A DNA stretch of 64,000 bases from Xylographa opegraphella (Eukaryota), in assembly GCA_022813865.1 (NCBI GenBank), contig JALDZX010000012.1:310001-374000 (forward strand), written 5' to 3'. Shown piece after piece: positions 12,149-24,700 of this stretch. Position 1 is the stretch's first letter; each line of letters begins with the position of its first letter. The notes under the pieces are model-generated. The model searched no databases. It was not told where the DNA came from and saw only the letters and a list, made by a program, of their open reading frames with translations. Both the position numbers and the translations under genes were made by a program.

Positions 12149-13715
12149 GACTTACTTGACTGATAAACTCTGTGAGCATCTGTTTTTGTGTTTGGTGAAT
12201 ATGTGGATTTCTAGTCGTTTTCTAGTACCCATGACTCTGCAATGGTGATGTGACTCTCCTATCACACGGAGTCTTCACTGCTGGACCATGACCCACCAAA
12301 GACGGTTACTTTCCATTTTCTCGCAGACCAGCCATTCACACTCAAGCTGCGAAACGTCCCACCAATGGCTATCTACAATTTTGCCAAGCTCTTCACGACG
12401 GCATCGCGCATAACGCGCGAACTCGGGAAGAACGGTGAATAAGAGTGATATTGAGTTTAGCAAGAGACGGTTTGATTTTCTCCACCATGCTCCGGTCCTG
12501 TGTCTCCCGCACTCAATCTACGCATATCGATACACGTGCATCTAGTAAATGCACAACTGGACCCTTCCCTTGCCTTCCCTCGGGGTCAATTACGCCCATA
12601 CCGAGCCTACCTAAGCTACCTACCTTAAGCGCAGAGCTTGCCCACCCAGCCTACCGCAGCCCTAAACGCCCAAGCCGATCTCGCTCTTCGCTCTCGCATC
12701 CCACACCCTCGTCTATCGTGTACACCCGCTCTTGCCGCCGCTGCCGCCCTCCCCCCCTCCCCTCCCTTCCTGCATCCCAGTTCCCAATCCACTCCAGCAC
12801 CAGTCCCCCGTAGCAGCGGCACGGACCCTCGCCCGCCCACAACGCTCGCTCGTACCCACCCACGCATGCGGTGTAACAGGCCGCTCTAAGAAACTCCACC
12901 CGCGATCGCGACTGCTCGCCCCGGACACGACGTAGATTCCTCAGCTGCCCTTTTCCCCCCCGTCGGAGCGGTCTGCGTGCTATCCCTCGCTGCGGGTGCG
13001 TGCTCGGGTCGTCGGTGCGGTAGGCGTATCGATATATGCACGGAACCGGCGTGCCGATGGGGGGCGGTACGGGTGCGGGTACGGGTGGGTCCGGGTTGGA
13101 TGTGCGAGTCTATTTGCTTTTGTGTGTACGGTACAGTGCGGCGAAGGCAGGGGGGGTGGGTGGGTGGGGTGGGAAGAAAGATGGCCGGGGGGTGGGTGGG
13201 GTGGCAGCCATGTATCCCCAGCACAACAGGCATCAATCGCCATCACCTCTACCTCCGGAATCGATAGCGCAGCAACGGAAAGCCATAGGCACCCGCCCCC
13301 ACGGCCAAAAAATGATAATCAACACCACACACCTACACCTACACCGGCTCAGGATCCCAGTGGCCAGAAATGTAGATATGGTCCCATTGCGGGTGGGCAT
13401 CGGTAAGATTTCTTTTTCTCCCACAATCGCACGGGAGAGGAGGAAAAGAGAAAAAAAAAAAATGCACGCCTGCTTGTGAGGACTATGAGAAAAGTGAAAA
13501 ATGCGCGCCCCCCCCTAGATCCGCATGCGTGTCTCTTCCCACCGGATGCGCGGCAGGGACGGGAGAAGGGTCGTTTCCCAGCCCGGCCTGGCGGGTCTGC
13601 TGGTCCCTCCTCTTTTTCTTTTGGAGCTGCCCGCCCGCCCTGTCCGGCCTCCGCTCGCCATCCCAGCCACTCGACTCTTCCCACTTCCCCCTTTCCCCTT
13701 TCCCCCGTCCCCCAT

Positions 13716-16207
13716 TCACCTGAAGCGCGCGGTGCAGCGGCCCATGACCTCGCCCTGGCAGACGAGCTCGGCGTTGAACTCGCTGCCGTCGAGGGTGAGG
13801 TAGATGTCGAAGTAGACGCGGTAGAAGGTGCCCTGCGGGGTGTCCATGCGCTCAAAGTCCTTTTCGAGATTCTTGCGCGAGAGGTCGGACGTCAGCGTGA
13901 CGACTTCCTTGATGCCTGCGAGCCGTGGGTCCGTTAGCCATGCCCGCTCGAAAAGGAGAGAAGGGGGGGGTTCCCCGCGATCGCCTCAGATTCGTAGGTT
14001 TGGTGGGGGATGGGGGAAGAAAAGAAGCAGAAGCAGAAGCAGAAGAAGAAGAAGGACGAAAAACGTACGTGAATCCTTCGTATACTCCGGACACACATCC
14101 TCGTCGCACGCGTACAGGATGTCCTCATACATCAGCGTCGCGCCGGGGGCGACCTGGCGGAAGAAGGAGACCTTGACCGGCTCGCCGATCTTGACGCGCT
14201 GGCCCTTCTGCACGAAGATCTGGCGCGTGTACTTGCAGCGGTCCTTGCCGTCCAGGCTCGGCACGCGGTACTGCTCCGGGTGGTGGCCCTCCTTGAACGG
14301 CTGCAGCGTCGCCATGAGGTAGTGCCGCCGCGCCACGCGCGACGTCACCACCCGCTCCGTGATGCCGGCCGTCACCGCGCCCTTGACGATCGCGGCGACG
14401 GAGTCCATCGGTCGGACGACTTTCGATTGGAATTGCGGGGGCACGTGCAGTTTGATTTGCTGGAAGAGGTATTCCGAGGCGCCGAAGCCGCCGACGACGA
14501 GGACGTTCTGGGAGATGGGTGTGTTAGCCACGTTACGGGTGCAAAGGGCGAGGGAGAGGAGAGCGGGAAGGATGGGGTCGGGCTTTACCTGAAGCAATCT
14601 ATTTTGAGCTTGAATGGCGATGATTTGGTTCCGGACGAGTTCCAAGATGCGGTTGACCACCGGCTCGAAACATTGGAGGATTTCTTCGTTCGTGAAGGTC
14701 ATGTAGCCGTCCTCAATGCCGGCGTCCGGGAATTTGGCCTCGATGCCCACGTCCACCGCCCACTGCTGACCGTTGTTGCGGAAGTCCGCCTTCACCCTGT
14801 TCTCAAAGTCCATTATACATTTCGCGTACACCTTGCCCGCCGTCTTCGATCCGTCCGGCAAGTTCATCTTCCGGATCTTGGCCCGCAGGATATTGCTGAA
14901 GTTGCGATTCAGCGCGGTCGAGCCACACGAGTCTCCCGATCCGGCCGTGCATTCGGCCACGGTGAAGGGTGTTTCTTCCTCGACTTCGTAGGCGATCAGG
15001 TCGACGGTCCCACCTCCACAATCGACGATCAGCACGGCGTCCCTCATCTTGAGGTTCAGCAGGCCGGTCTTGGCGCAGAACATGGCCGCCGCTTCGGGCT
15101 CCGTGATCAGGGTTAACCGGTTGTCGTTTTCGTCGCGCAAGAAGCCTGCTTGGATGGCTGCAGCACGAGTGGCAGCTTTGCCAGCATCGTTCCAGATCGC
15201 CGGTACGGTCAAAAAATATCGGATATTGCGCTCTTCGCGGTTGAAGACCTCTCCCAGTGTCTTGGTTAACTGATGCCGCATGGCCTGTCGCAATTTGAAT
15301 AGGTAGTCGGCTGCCACGTCGATTTCGGACTTCCCTGGTGGAAGCGGCGGTAGGTTGATTGGGTCGATGTATGTGTTGCCGGAAAGCATAAGCTGCAGTT
15401 TAAACCATTCCACCTTTTGCACGCCAGGTTTCGGGTATCCTGTCGGTGCGAGGGCATCTGCAATATCGGGCCCCCAGCCGACGACCTTCTGGTATTGATC
15501 GTAGTATAGCACCGTTGGAATCTGGAAGTGTTAGAGAAATGAGCATGACGTAAAAAGCCGGACGAGGCCACCTTTTGCTTCGATTGTGTACCAGACCCGG
15601 GCCATTCTGTGATTATGTCCTCCTTTGCTTCTGTATTGGTTGCGAACGCAAATGCGACTCCGGAGAAGGTGGTTCCCTCAAGCGAAAACATGTCAGTAAG
15701 TCTACCGGGAAAAACGTCGTCGTGTTGACTCACAAAGTCTATGCCGACAATCAGTTGCGCCTTACTCCGTCCCGCACCTTCGACCTCGACCGCCGCTCCC
15801 CGTCCACCATACTGGCCGATGGATGGCGGTGGAGGACCTCCGTGAATGCCGGTGGCACTGGCTGCTCCATATCCCCCGGCGTACTGCGGTGGTCGTGGGG
15901 CACCGCCTAGAGCGGGATGTCCTTGAGAATATGCGCCGGTGTTGATCGGTGGCGGCATCGGGCTCGTGGCTCGCGGCGCGTTGTTATTGTAAGTGTAGCT
16001 CGGCGGTCGCCCAAGGCCGTTCTGTGGTGCGTGGTTCATGGGGAGACTGGTGGTGGAGGAAGCACTTCCGGTCGGGGTATGGATGGTGCCGTTGGTGGTC
16101 GCGGGCGATAGCGCTTGGTTGTTTGCGGCGGTGACAATGTTGGGGCTGCTGGATTTACGCTTCGAACCAAAGCCAAGATTTCTGAATCGTGAGTTCATCA
16201 GGTCCAT
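13716..16207 (-). CDS. Hsp70-like protein (HSPA12-type actin-like ATPase) with Pro/Gly-rich N-terminus
   Basis: IVGIDF|GTTFSGVAF, LTVPAIWND, TEPEAAA, VDCGGGTVDL, VVGGFGASEY; four introns; last exon ends TARFR*. Confidence 0.92.
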
Positions 16208-16814
16208 GTGCTTTCTGGTGAGTCAGGGTTTGATGGAGGACAATGCACGCCCTTTGAGAGTACCTTTCTCGCTCTTTGTGTCCTTTCGGACGTTGCGCTA
16301 ACTCGGCTGAGATCGTTGGGAGGGGGGGGGGGGTGGGCGAAGCCCTTCACGGTCGTGAAACGGTTCCTCGATGGGGCTGGCGGAGCAGCAAGTCGCTGCG
16401 ACGTGGTTGGGAACTTCCTTCGGACTGGCTATGCAAGGACAAAGGGGTGGAAGTCAGTCGCCGAGAACTCGTCCATGAACCTCATCTGCAGACGGGTGGA
16501 GGAAAGAAAGTTGGGATTACGGGAGCAGGGTAAGTTAGCGATGAAGATCTACAGCCTCACGATGGCAGAGGCATGCGCTGAGCTGATTGGGGTTGTGGGT
16601 AGGTGGGTGGGGGGGGAGACAGATGGCAGACGAGGGGAGTGTGGGTGGGTTGTATGGAGGTAGGGAGTAGAGTGTGGGCAAGTCCCAGGCTCCACGAGTA
16701 GATACTTCTAGTCTCATGTGTAGCGAACGGCCCCAGTTTGTCCAGCGTTGCCCATCTGCTTGTACCACGACACGACACACATCGGTCTCGACGGTCCAAG
16801 AGTGGCAGGAACCC

Positions 16815-16841
16815 CGTCAGGCGTCAGGCGTCAGGCGTCAG
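16815..16841. repeat. 7-bp tandem repeat (CGTCAGG, ~4 copies)
   Basis: cgtcaggcgtcaggcgtcaggcgtcag in the region upstream of the Hsp70-like gene. Confidence 0.85.
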
Positions 16842-17138
16842 CCCTCCCCCGTCCATCTTCCATTCAGGGGGGGTGGAGCAACGGAGACACGGGAAGCGGG
16901 AAGAAACCCCCGTCCTCGGCATCTTCCAGGAGTCCAAGGACTGTTCGGGTAGAGACAAGTCCTGGATGGCTTGAGTCATGAATGTTAATCAATCGATCGT
17001 GCTTCTGCCTCTCGCAGGACTGAGTCCCATCTCTCCCTCTCCCTCTCCACCTCTTCAAACTGCATCCAACGGCGACCAACATGGGGAAGACGGGGCATTA
17101 TTCCGCCCTCTGGCCGAATGCAGGATCGTGCCCCCCCC

Positions 17139-17181
17139 GTCAGCAGGGTCAGCAGGGTCAGCAGGGTCAGCAGGTTCAGCA
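17139..17181. repeat. 9-bp tandem repeat (GTCAGCAGG, ~4.5 copies)
   Basis: gtcagcagggtcagcagggtcagcagggtcagcaggttcagca. Confidence 0.85.
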
Positions 17182-17971
17182 CAATAATCAATCCAATCCG
17201 TTCGCACGAAATCATCATAGCCGCATGGCGGGCCACTGAATACCTGGTCCCTTAGTCTACAAACTCCATGAATAAGAAGAGTTGAGTCAGTCGTGGTGCG
17301 GACGAAGGAAGGGCGCTAGAGTGCTTTCGGACGATATGGTTTCGCCATCAAGCTTGGCATCACACTGTCGGAGATCGATTCTTGTCGAAAAGGTCGCCAT
17401 CGGATGGTCTTTTGATGGAGGGAGAGGCAGGACCGCCACGCACGACCACCGAGCAACACGAAGGTCGTTCCACACCGTACGTACAAATGGAATTGTGAAT
17501 CAAAATAACGTGAAAGCCAAGCACTGTTACTCGGGCTGAAGGCCGTCATCATCGTCGTCCTATATATAGTTCTAGCTACTCGCGGAGGAGAACTGCCTGC
17601 ACTAGTAATCTGCCCGCCCCCGGCGTTCAGTTCACATTTTAACATGAACTTTCCGCCACTCCTTACCCTCTACTCCCAAACGTGCCTCTTGCCTCTGCTA
17701 CTATGCATCTTTACCCCTCCAAATGACTGATCTTGGCCTCGGCACAACAGGCGTGATGGATCTTCTTCCATTTGTAACCCGCAGTATATATGATCGCAGA
17801 CTATCGACCCGCCAGCCACCCAAGTCAGTTGGGATGATCAGCTACATTGGACGTGGCATAAATCGCATCGGTTGATTCAACATCATCCATTATATTCATC
17901 TCGTAAGACGCTGCTGTGAGGCGATTATACTTGGTCCCGATTCCCACTCCGTAAGGCTTTTCACCGTCGCC

Positions 17972-18247
17972 TCAGCGAAAGAGACATTCGCAACCCTTGC
18001 AGCCCACCGGTGCTCTCGAGCCTCTCATATCCACCGGCACACATTTCCCACCCAGATGTATGCACCGGGCCCCTCCATCGAGGCACTCTTGGATGTTGCA
18101 TGGAGACTCCGTAAAGTAAACTCCACATACGTCGTCTGTTTGCAGGATCTGCGATACCCTCGTAGTAACTCCGCCGAGTGCTGGGAGAGGTTGGAAAGCT
18201 AGGAGTGCGACGAGAGTCGTGAGAAGGTAATAGATAGACCACGGCAT
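17972..18247 (-). CDS. Small secreted cysteine-rich protein (8 Cys), effector/antimicrobial-like
   Basis: Signal-peptide-like MPWSIYYLLTTLVALLAFQPLPALG, then ~66 aa with 8 Cys ending CKGCEC. Confidence 0.75.
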   Translation of the reverse strand: MPWSIYYLLTTLVALLAFQPLPALGGVTTRVSQILQTDDVCGVYFTESPCNIQECLDGGARCIHLGGKCVPVDMRGSRAPVGCKGCECLFR

Positions 18248-19010
18248 GTTCTGGTTTGCGATGGCAAAGTGATTCAAGCGGACTGTGCAAGTAACAAGGG
18301 TTGCTTCGAGGAATCGTGCAATAGGCCGCTGAGAAAGGACGGGTCTCTCGATTCAGTAACTGAGGGATGAAAGCCGCCCCCGCATACCTTTTTCGTATGG
18401 CAATAACAAAGATGTGGTAAGGGTGAACAAAAGAGCCTGTCCCAGGCTGCTACACAAAGCGAAATCGCAAAGTGGAACACCATCGAGAACAAGGAACGTG
18501 GGAAATATCCACGCAAGCAGTGCAGTAGAGGCGCGAAGGTGCTTCGATCCTGGTAGCCACAATTGTTTGATATCAAAACTTTTAATATCTGTCATCTCAT
18601 AACATGGACGCCTGCGTTGGCGCATCTTCCCACCAGTGCTGTATGGAAAGCTGACAATCAACCCAATGGTCGAACTCATAACAGTAAAGCAAAGAGGTAT
18701 CATCTGTCTAAAAATAAAAACCAATCCTGGGAGCTTTCATCGTAGATGAACCACACACCAAGTAGAGCCATGATGAAGTCAAAGCCACCCAACGTGCTGC
18801 CGAAAGGGTACTTAGGGCTTTTCACGTGCTCGCTTACAATCCTGACGTCAAGGATGCGCAAAGGGTCATGACGCACTTGCATGTCACGTCCGCCCAGCGC
18901 ATTGTGAACATCCCCGAGCAGTATATAGCATCACATTGCATTACACGAAACCACCAGTCCAACCACAACCTCTTCACTCCGAAACTATCACATATACCTC
19001 TCTCAGAAAA

Positions 19011-19455
19011 ATGGACGGCGATCACTCAGCAAAGACCATGGAGACGGGGGCTAACTCAGCCATGAAGGGCGGAACTGACATGGTCGATGGCATCCACGAG
19101 TCCGTCAATCAGACGGTAAGCCTGGACACCCCACCCACCGCAATCGCAAATGGCCTCTGACACAGTCCTACAGCCTGCGGCAGGAGAGAAGATGACAGGG
19201 CAGGGCCAAAGCGTGTTCGACAAATCGGGGGCTGTGGGGTCGATGTTCAACGGTATGGAAGTCCCCCGATGGAATCCTTCGCATTGGTGAATCACCGGAT
19301 CTGACACTTTGATAGCCGACGGAGCGATCGGGGGTACGGCTCAAAAGGTCGGTGGACCTCTGGACAAGGATGGCATGATTGGAAAGCATTTCAACGCCGA
19401 TGGCGCTTTGGGAGGGACAGCGCAGAGTCTGGCAGACAAGAACAAGTCCCATTGA
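19011..19455 (+). CDS. Small Gly-rich hydrophilic protein with two 21-aa pseudo-repeats (107 aa)
   Basis: Exons 19011-19115, 19174-19252 and 19316-19455 are joined by GT-AG introns with CTGAC branch sites into one open frame. The ORF track does not show it as a single ORF. Confidence 0.8.
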
Positions 19456-19958
19456 GACGGTTGTTTGGCTCAGAAAATGGAATCGATGTAGAGAATTTGG
19501 ATACGAACTAGATTTCAGCTGAAACGTTGAAAAACACAGTCCATGATGTTATTTTGTTCACAAAGACAAAGTACTGAGCTGTTGATGTTTTGAGAATATA
19601 AGCATCAGTGGTTCCCGGTCTTGCTACGTATGTAATATAAGTAAACGCATAGGAAACCGTGATTAGTGGATATATCCAACCTCATGGAGAAGGCCAACAG
19701 GGTTGCTATAGACATAGCAAATACTGCCAACCACCGTGCTGAATTGATTCAGCTATTGTCTAGTACACTTGAAAACCAAGACTCACAAAGTCGGCTGATC
19801 TTCTTCTAGGCAGAGACCATGTAAGCCGCTCAGCTATCCACTCCTGGGTATGGAGGTAACATCGTGACTGGACCGAAACATCCTACGAGCTCCTCCGAAA
19901 TGGCACATGGTCAGGTAGACAGTCAAACTGATGTAGCTTTGTGGCGGATCAATCACCA

Positions 19959-20991
19959 TTATCTGCCCAGGAGTTGTAGGATGCTTCTCCTGGTGCCCAG
20001 TTTTTGAGCCTTCTCGGTCCCTTTCTGCAATGGAGCATCTTCCGCCTGCGATGGCCGTGAAGACGATATTTGTCTTGGCAATTCAGTACTATGTTTCTGT
20101 ATGTGTGGAACATTCCTTGGTCTTGGAACAGCGTCTCTGGTAGGCTTTGAATGCTTCCTCGGATCGATTTTGTGCCCGGTCTGATGACCTACATGAACCG
20201 TCTCTTTGACGCCAGCTTTGCTTAGACTCTCAATCTCGCTTGTTATTGTCATTCCACCGGTAGCAAAATTGTCCTCCGCGACAGGTACAAAGCGGATTAT
20301 TCCACGATGCTCGGGAACCTTAAGGATCTCTGCAAGGAAGCCCTGCATCAATGTCGCATTCCGCTTATTTGTGGTGGCTTGCACGTAAAGTGGCAGTGCA
20401 GTGATTGTAAGTATGTAGGCAGGATCAAAGGTACCACCATATATCAAGCAAGCAGAGTGATTTAGAGTCAAGACGACGGAGTCGAGGGAGCGCTGGAAGC
20501 GTTGCGCTACATGGGCCGAGAACTCGCACATGAAGGAATGCTCGTCCTCAACCTATTCAGAATATGGGCTTTAGTCCCAGGGTTACTAACATGGAGAAGG
20601 CGCTGGTGAAAGTACTCACTATGACGTTTGTTTTTATCTCCACGATTATCGCAGATTTGCGGAACACCCGATCCTGTGCGGACGGTAGGGATTCTCGATA
20701 CGCAAATGTGTCACTATAGAATTCGCTTTTCTGCTTCGATCGTGATGTTCTTTCTGGAGAATGTTGATCCATGCGCTTCGGATAGACATCTCGCTGTATC
20801 GGCCTCGAGTGGTTTGTTGTTTGATCACGCCTCTGATGAATTGGTAGAAAATTTGTCCGAGCGTCAACTGGCATATCAGGGTATGAAGAACTAGGCAGAT
20901 CCCAATTTGTTCGCGCAGTACTTTCAGATCCGATTAAGGTTGTTGAATGCGTCGACTCCCCATTGAAAGAAGGCATCTTGCCACCAGACAT
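19959..20991 (-). CDS. MIF/tautomerase-domain protein
   Basis: AIIVEIKTNVI|..F...FSAHVAQRFQR, HSACLIYGGTFDPAYILTITALP, TTNKRNA, RGIIRFVPV.EDNFATGG; one intron. Confidence 0.8.
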
Positions 20992-21722
20992 TATTGCTCT
21001 CTGTGTCCTGTTATTGAAGAAAGTTTATGGGAGGAAGAGATAGAGAATTGACAAGATGCTGAAACTACCATGCATGTACATGAGCGTGGCCAATGAATGA
21101 GGGCGCTTCTAGAGAAAATGTATGTCCAAGGATCGCGAAAGTATCCTTGGATGCGACGCAATCTGGACTGCAGAAAGTACCGAGTTTGTACGACTCCCTC
21201 AAAAGTCATCGGTTCCTGCCATTTTGCATCAATTTACTATTGAGATTGGAGATCCTCAACAACCCAAGGCATCACATCAAACAAAGAAGCACCTTCACCA
21301 ATGGTCTTGAAGTCGTTCCTGGTTTTCCCAGAAATCCAATGGTATCCGTCTTGAGTCTTGCTGCTAAGGGCTTCTGCCATTTTTTATCGCAAAGACTCGG
21401 GGCTCAGTAGCTTCATTGTTAATGGCATGCCATTATTGCTGGTAGCGCTGCCATGTGCGGACGCGTAAAGAAGCAAATGAGTGTTCGAGGTTTACGGCCT
21501 TAGCGTGTAACAAATTTTTAGCGGATACAGATCTAGGACTAGCGCATGCTGAAAGCGAGCCAATCCATGGCTCTCGACTTGAGGTACGTACTGTGGTAGT
21601 ACTCGACACGGTTGCGGTATATTCTAGTTCTTTCGAACATCAACGTGCGATATGTACGAGCTTGGTATGGATTTCACATAATTTCCGTGGTTGCTAGTAC
21701 TTGAGCATACTTCCTCAACCTG

Positions 21723-24700
21723 ATGTCTGTTGGCTTCGGCTTCTCCTTTGGTGATCTCGTGGATGCTATCAGGTTGGTCGCAGACGTCGTAGCTGCTCTT
21801 AAAGATAGCACAGGAGCATCTGCCGAGTTCCGTGAGCTTATGAGCGAATTGTATAACCTTGAAATAGCACTCATTGCCGTGAAGAACTCTGATCTGCCAG
21901 AATCAAGTCGTGAATATGCGGCTGCAAAGCAAGCCGTTGGAGACTGCCAAGCATGTATTACCAAGTTTTTGGCCGAGGTTGCAAAGTATCAGCAACTATC
22001 CACAGGTCATCTTACCATGAGAGAGCAAATATTGGCTGGTCATAGTCCTCTAAGAGAACAGATACTGAAAATTAAATGGGCAAGGTGTCACAAGGACGAT
22101 GTCAGCAACCTCCGTGCCAAGCTAGCAAGTCAGACTACTGTACTCAACCTGCTGCTTAACGTGATTCAAATATCCCGGTCGACTACTGCCGATTCAGAGA
22201 CCTACAATCAATTGAAGGAACAGAGGAAGCTAATAGGTGAGGTTCATGACCGGCTCGAACGAAGTGATTCGGATATTCAACAACTCCTGACAAAGATTGA
22301 GTCGTTGATTACATCCCCACCAAGTTACGGAGCTGTAACAGCACAGTTCAGTTTTGAAGTCCGTCCCCTTCGATTGCTGGGAGCCCCGATTGCTCCGGAC
22401 CATGTCGAGAGAAAGGAACTCATGGATTCAATTGAAGAGGCTTTGCTCCCACTCTCCAGGGAGCGTCAAAGAATAGTAGTCCTGCAAGGTATACTTCTGT
22501 CTATCAGTTTTTTATAGCCTGGCTGCTGACAAGCGGAGAGGTATGGGTGGTATTGGCAAATCGCAATTAGCACGAAGTTATGCGACCAAGCATCAGAATT
22601 CCTATTCAGCAATCTTTTGGCTTGATGCTAAAACAGAGCAGTCCTTGAAAAGAAGTATTGCTCAGATATCTGAGCAGATTCCCTTACCAGATGTTCTCGA
22701 CGCTGGACGTCGCATCCGGTATGGTGAAGCTGGATTGGATGCTGCCGCTGAGGCAGTCTTCAACTGGCTCTGCTTGAAGGACAACACTGATTGGCTCTTG
22801 GTCTTTGACAACGTTGATCGCCATCTATCCAGCGAAAAACAGGAATACGAGCTTCGCGGACCTTCTGACTCAGGGATCGCAGCGTATGATGCGTACAAAT
22901 ATGTTCCTGAGGTATCTCATGGAAGTCTGTTGATTACAAGTCGACTGTCCTTTCTAAGTCGCGCGTTCGGAGCCACAGGTATCCGCGTGAACGAAATGTC
23001 CCGTGTAGAAGGAATTCGGCTCTTGAGCAAAGTGTCTCGCAGAAGTTCAGATGAACCCGGTCAGTCCTCGACTTCAAGGTCTTCTCAAGCTTACCTTATA
23101 TGTTCTAGGCATTGCGGACTTGGTAGAACGCTTAGGAGCCTACCCACTCGCTATCAGTCAAGCTGGAAGACTCATGTACGAGATGCAAATGAGTCCTTCC
23201 AAATATCTTCAACAGTACGACATGCGCTTTAAAACACTACTGAAAACTCGCCCTGAGGCGAGGGAGTATCACAATGGGTCAATCTCTACAACACTGAGCT
23301 TATCCTACGATCAGCTCGTGGCAAGAAATGCTTCGGCGGCGGCGTTTTTGATACTCTGCAGCTACTTTGATAATTCAAACATCTATTATGAACTCTTGCA
23401 AGCGTTCACCAAAGCAAAATCGGGCTTATTGTTCCTCCAGGATGATTTACCAGCAGATCCCCAACTGTTTTGGATACCTGAGCTTTCTCAGACCTGGCTG
23501 ACCGAGATATGTGAAAATGAAGACACGTACCTGAACTGCATAACTTCCCTACATGAGTTATCGTTCGTACGCCACAATGACCGATCGGATTCGGTATCAA
23601 TACATCCAATCGTACACGAATGGTCTTTGCACTACGGTGAGACCACGAACAAGTACAGGATGTTATCTACAGCATGCAATCTCTTGGCTGCAACGGTGCC
23701 ACAAATCGATCCCGAAGTTCTTGGACTAGCACAGTCGCAAATACAGCCACATGTTGACAGATTATATTCCCTGCTACCCGCAGACCTAAGCTATATTTCT
23801 GCCAGTATTAATTCAATCCTAGCCATTGCTACATACTATGAAGCCCATGGGCCAACTGAGAGAGCTGCCATTCTCCGTAATGCGGCTTACATCAATGCCC
23901 TTTCAAAATTTGGACCGGACCACCGTTGTACCCTTGAAGCTTGCATGTCTGTAGCGCTGGCAAAATTTGAAGCAGGAAAATACCAGGAGGTGCTTGACGA
24001 TCTTCAGGGGAAAGAAGCAAGCTATTGCAATATCAATGTCAGTAATAATTTCCACTTTTGCCATCCAGTAGGAGGTTGAATCGAGCTGCTGAGAACTGAT
24101 CGTATATCATGTAAATACTTGTAACTTTCTGAAGTATTTGGCAACTCCGTCCGCTACGTTATGACAGTTGTACTGACTGCCTTATCTCAGTGGGAACCGA
24201 GCCTAAGCCGACAGGAAAATCAGGCTCTGGCTAGTGCGACGATGATGAGCCTCTTTGCACTGTGTAAACAAGCACTTGGGAGATTAGAAGACGCTCGCGG
24301 TATTCTAACGGCATTAAAAAAGCTTCTTCCGAAGCTGGCAGACACAGTTGTCTTCCCGGCGGTGTCCTGTGTATATTTCTTTGTGAAAATTGTCGTCCCC
24401 ATTTCCAGTGATGAAGCTGAAGAAGAGTGCCCGGATGACACCGAAGACTCTGTTGAGAGTCTAGAGCACTTATTGGAGATGATCGAAAATACTAAGATCT
24501 GGCCCCAGTCACTCGGATCGCGCGTCTCAGCGCAAGCCAACGTGCTCTCTGTTCTAGGACAGCAATGCCAATGGGAGGGAGACAATGTTAAAGGCCAAAC
24601 TTATCTACAAAAGGCCCTTAATCTGTATGAACGGCTCAATGGTCCTTCGTCACCGGAAACATTGTAAATTGTGTTGCTGTTCTCCCAAACATGATGATTG

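Noticed and set aside
12445..13937. Many overlapping 60-170 aa ORFs
   Set aside because: Low-complexity GC-rich DNA lacking stop codons; no recognisable protein apart from the last Hsp70-like exon.
21723..21800. NLR N-terminal amyloid signalling motif
   Set aside because: The N-terminus is the hydrophobic start of a helical domain; no N/Q/G-rich motif or adjacent partner effector was seen.
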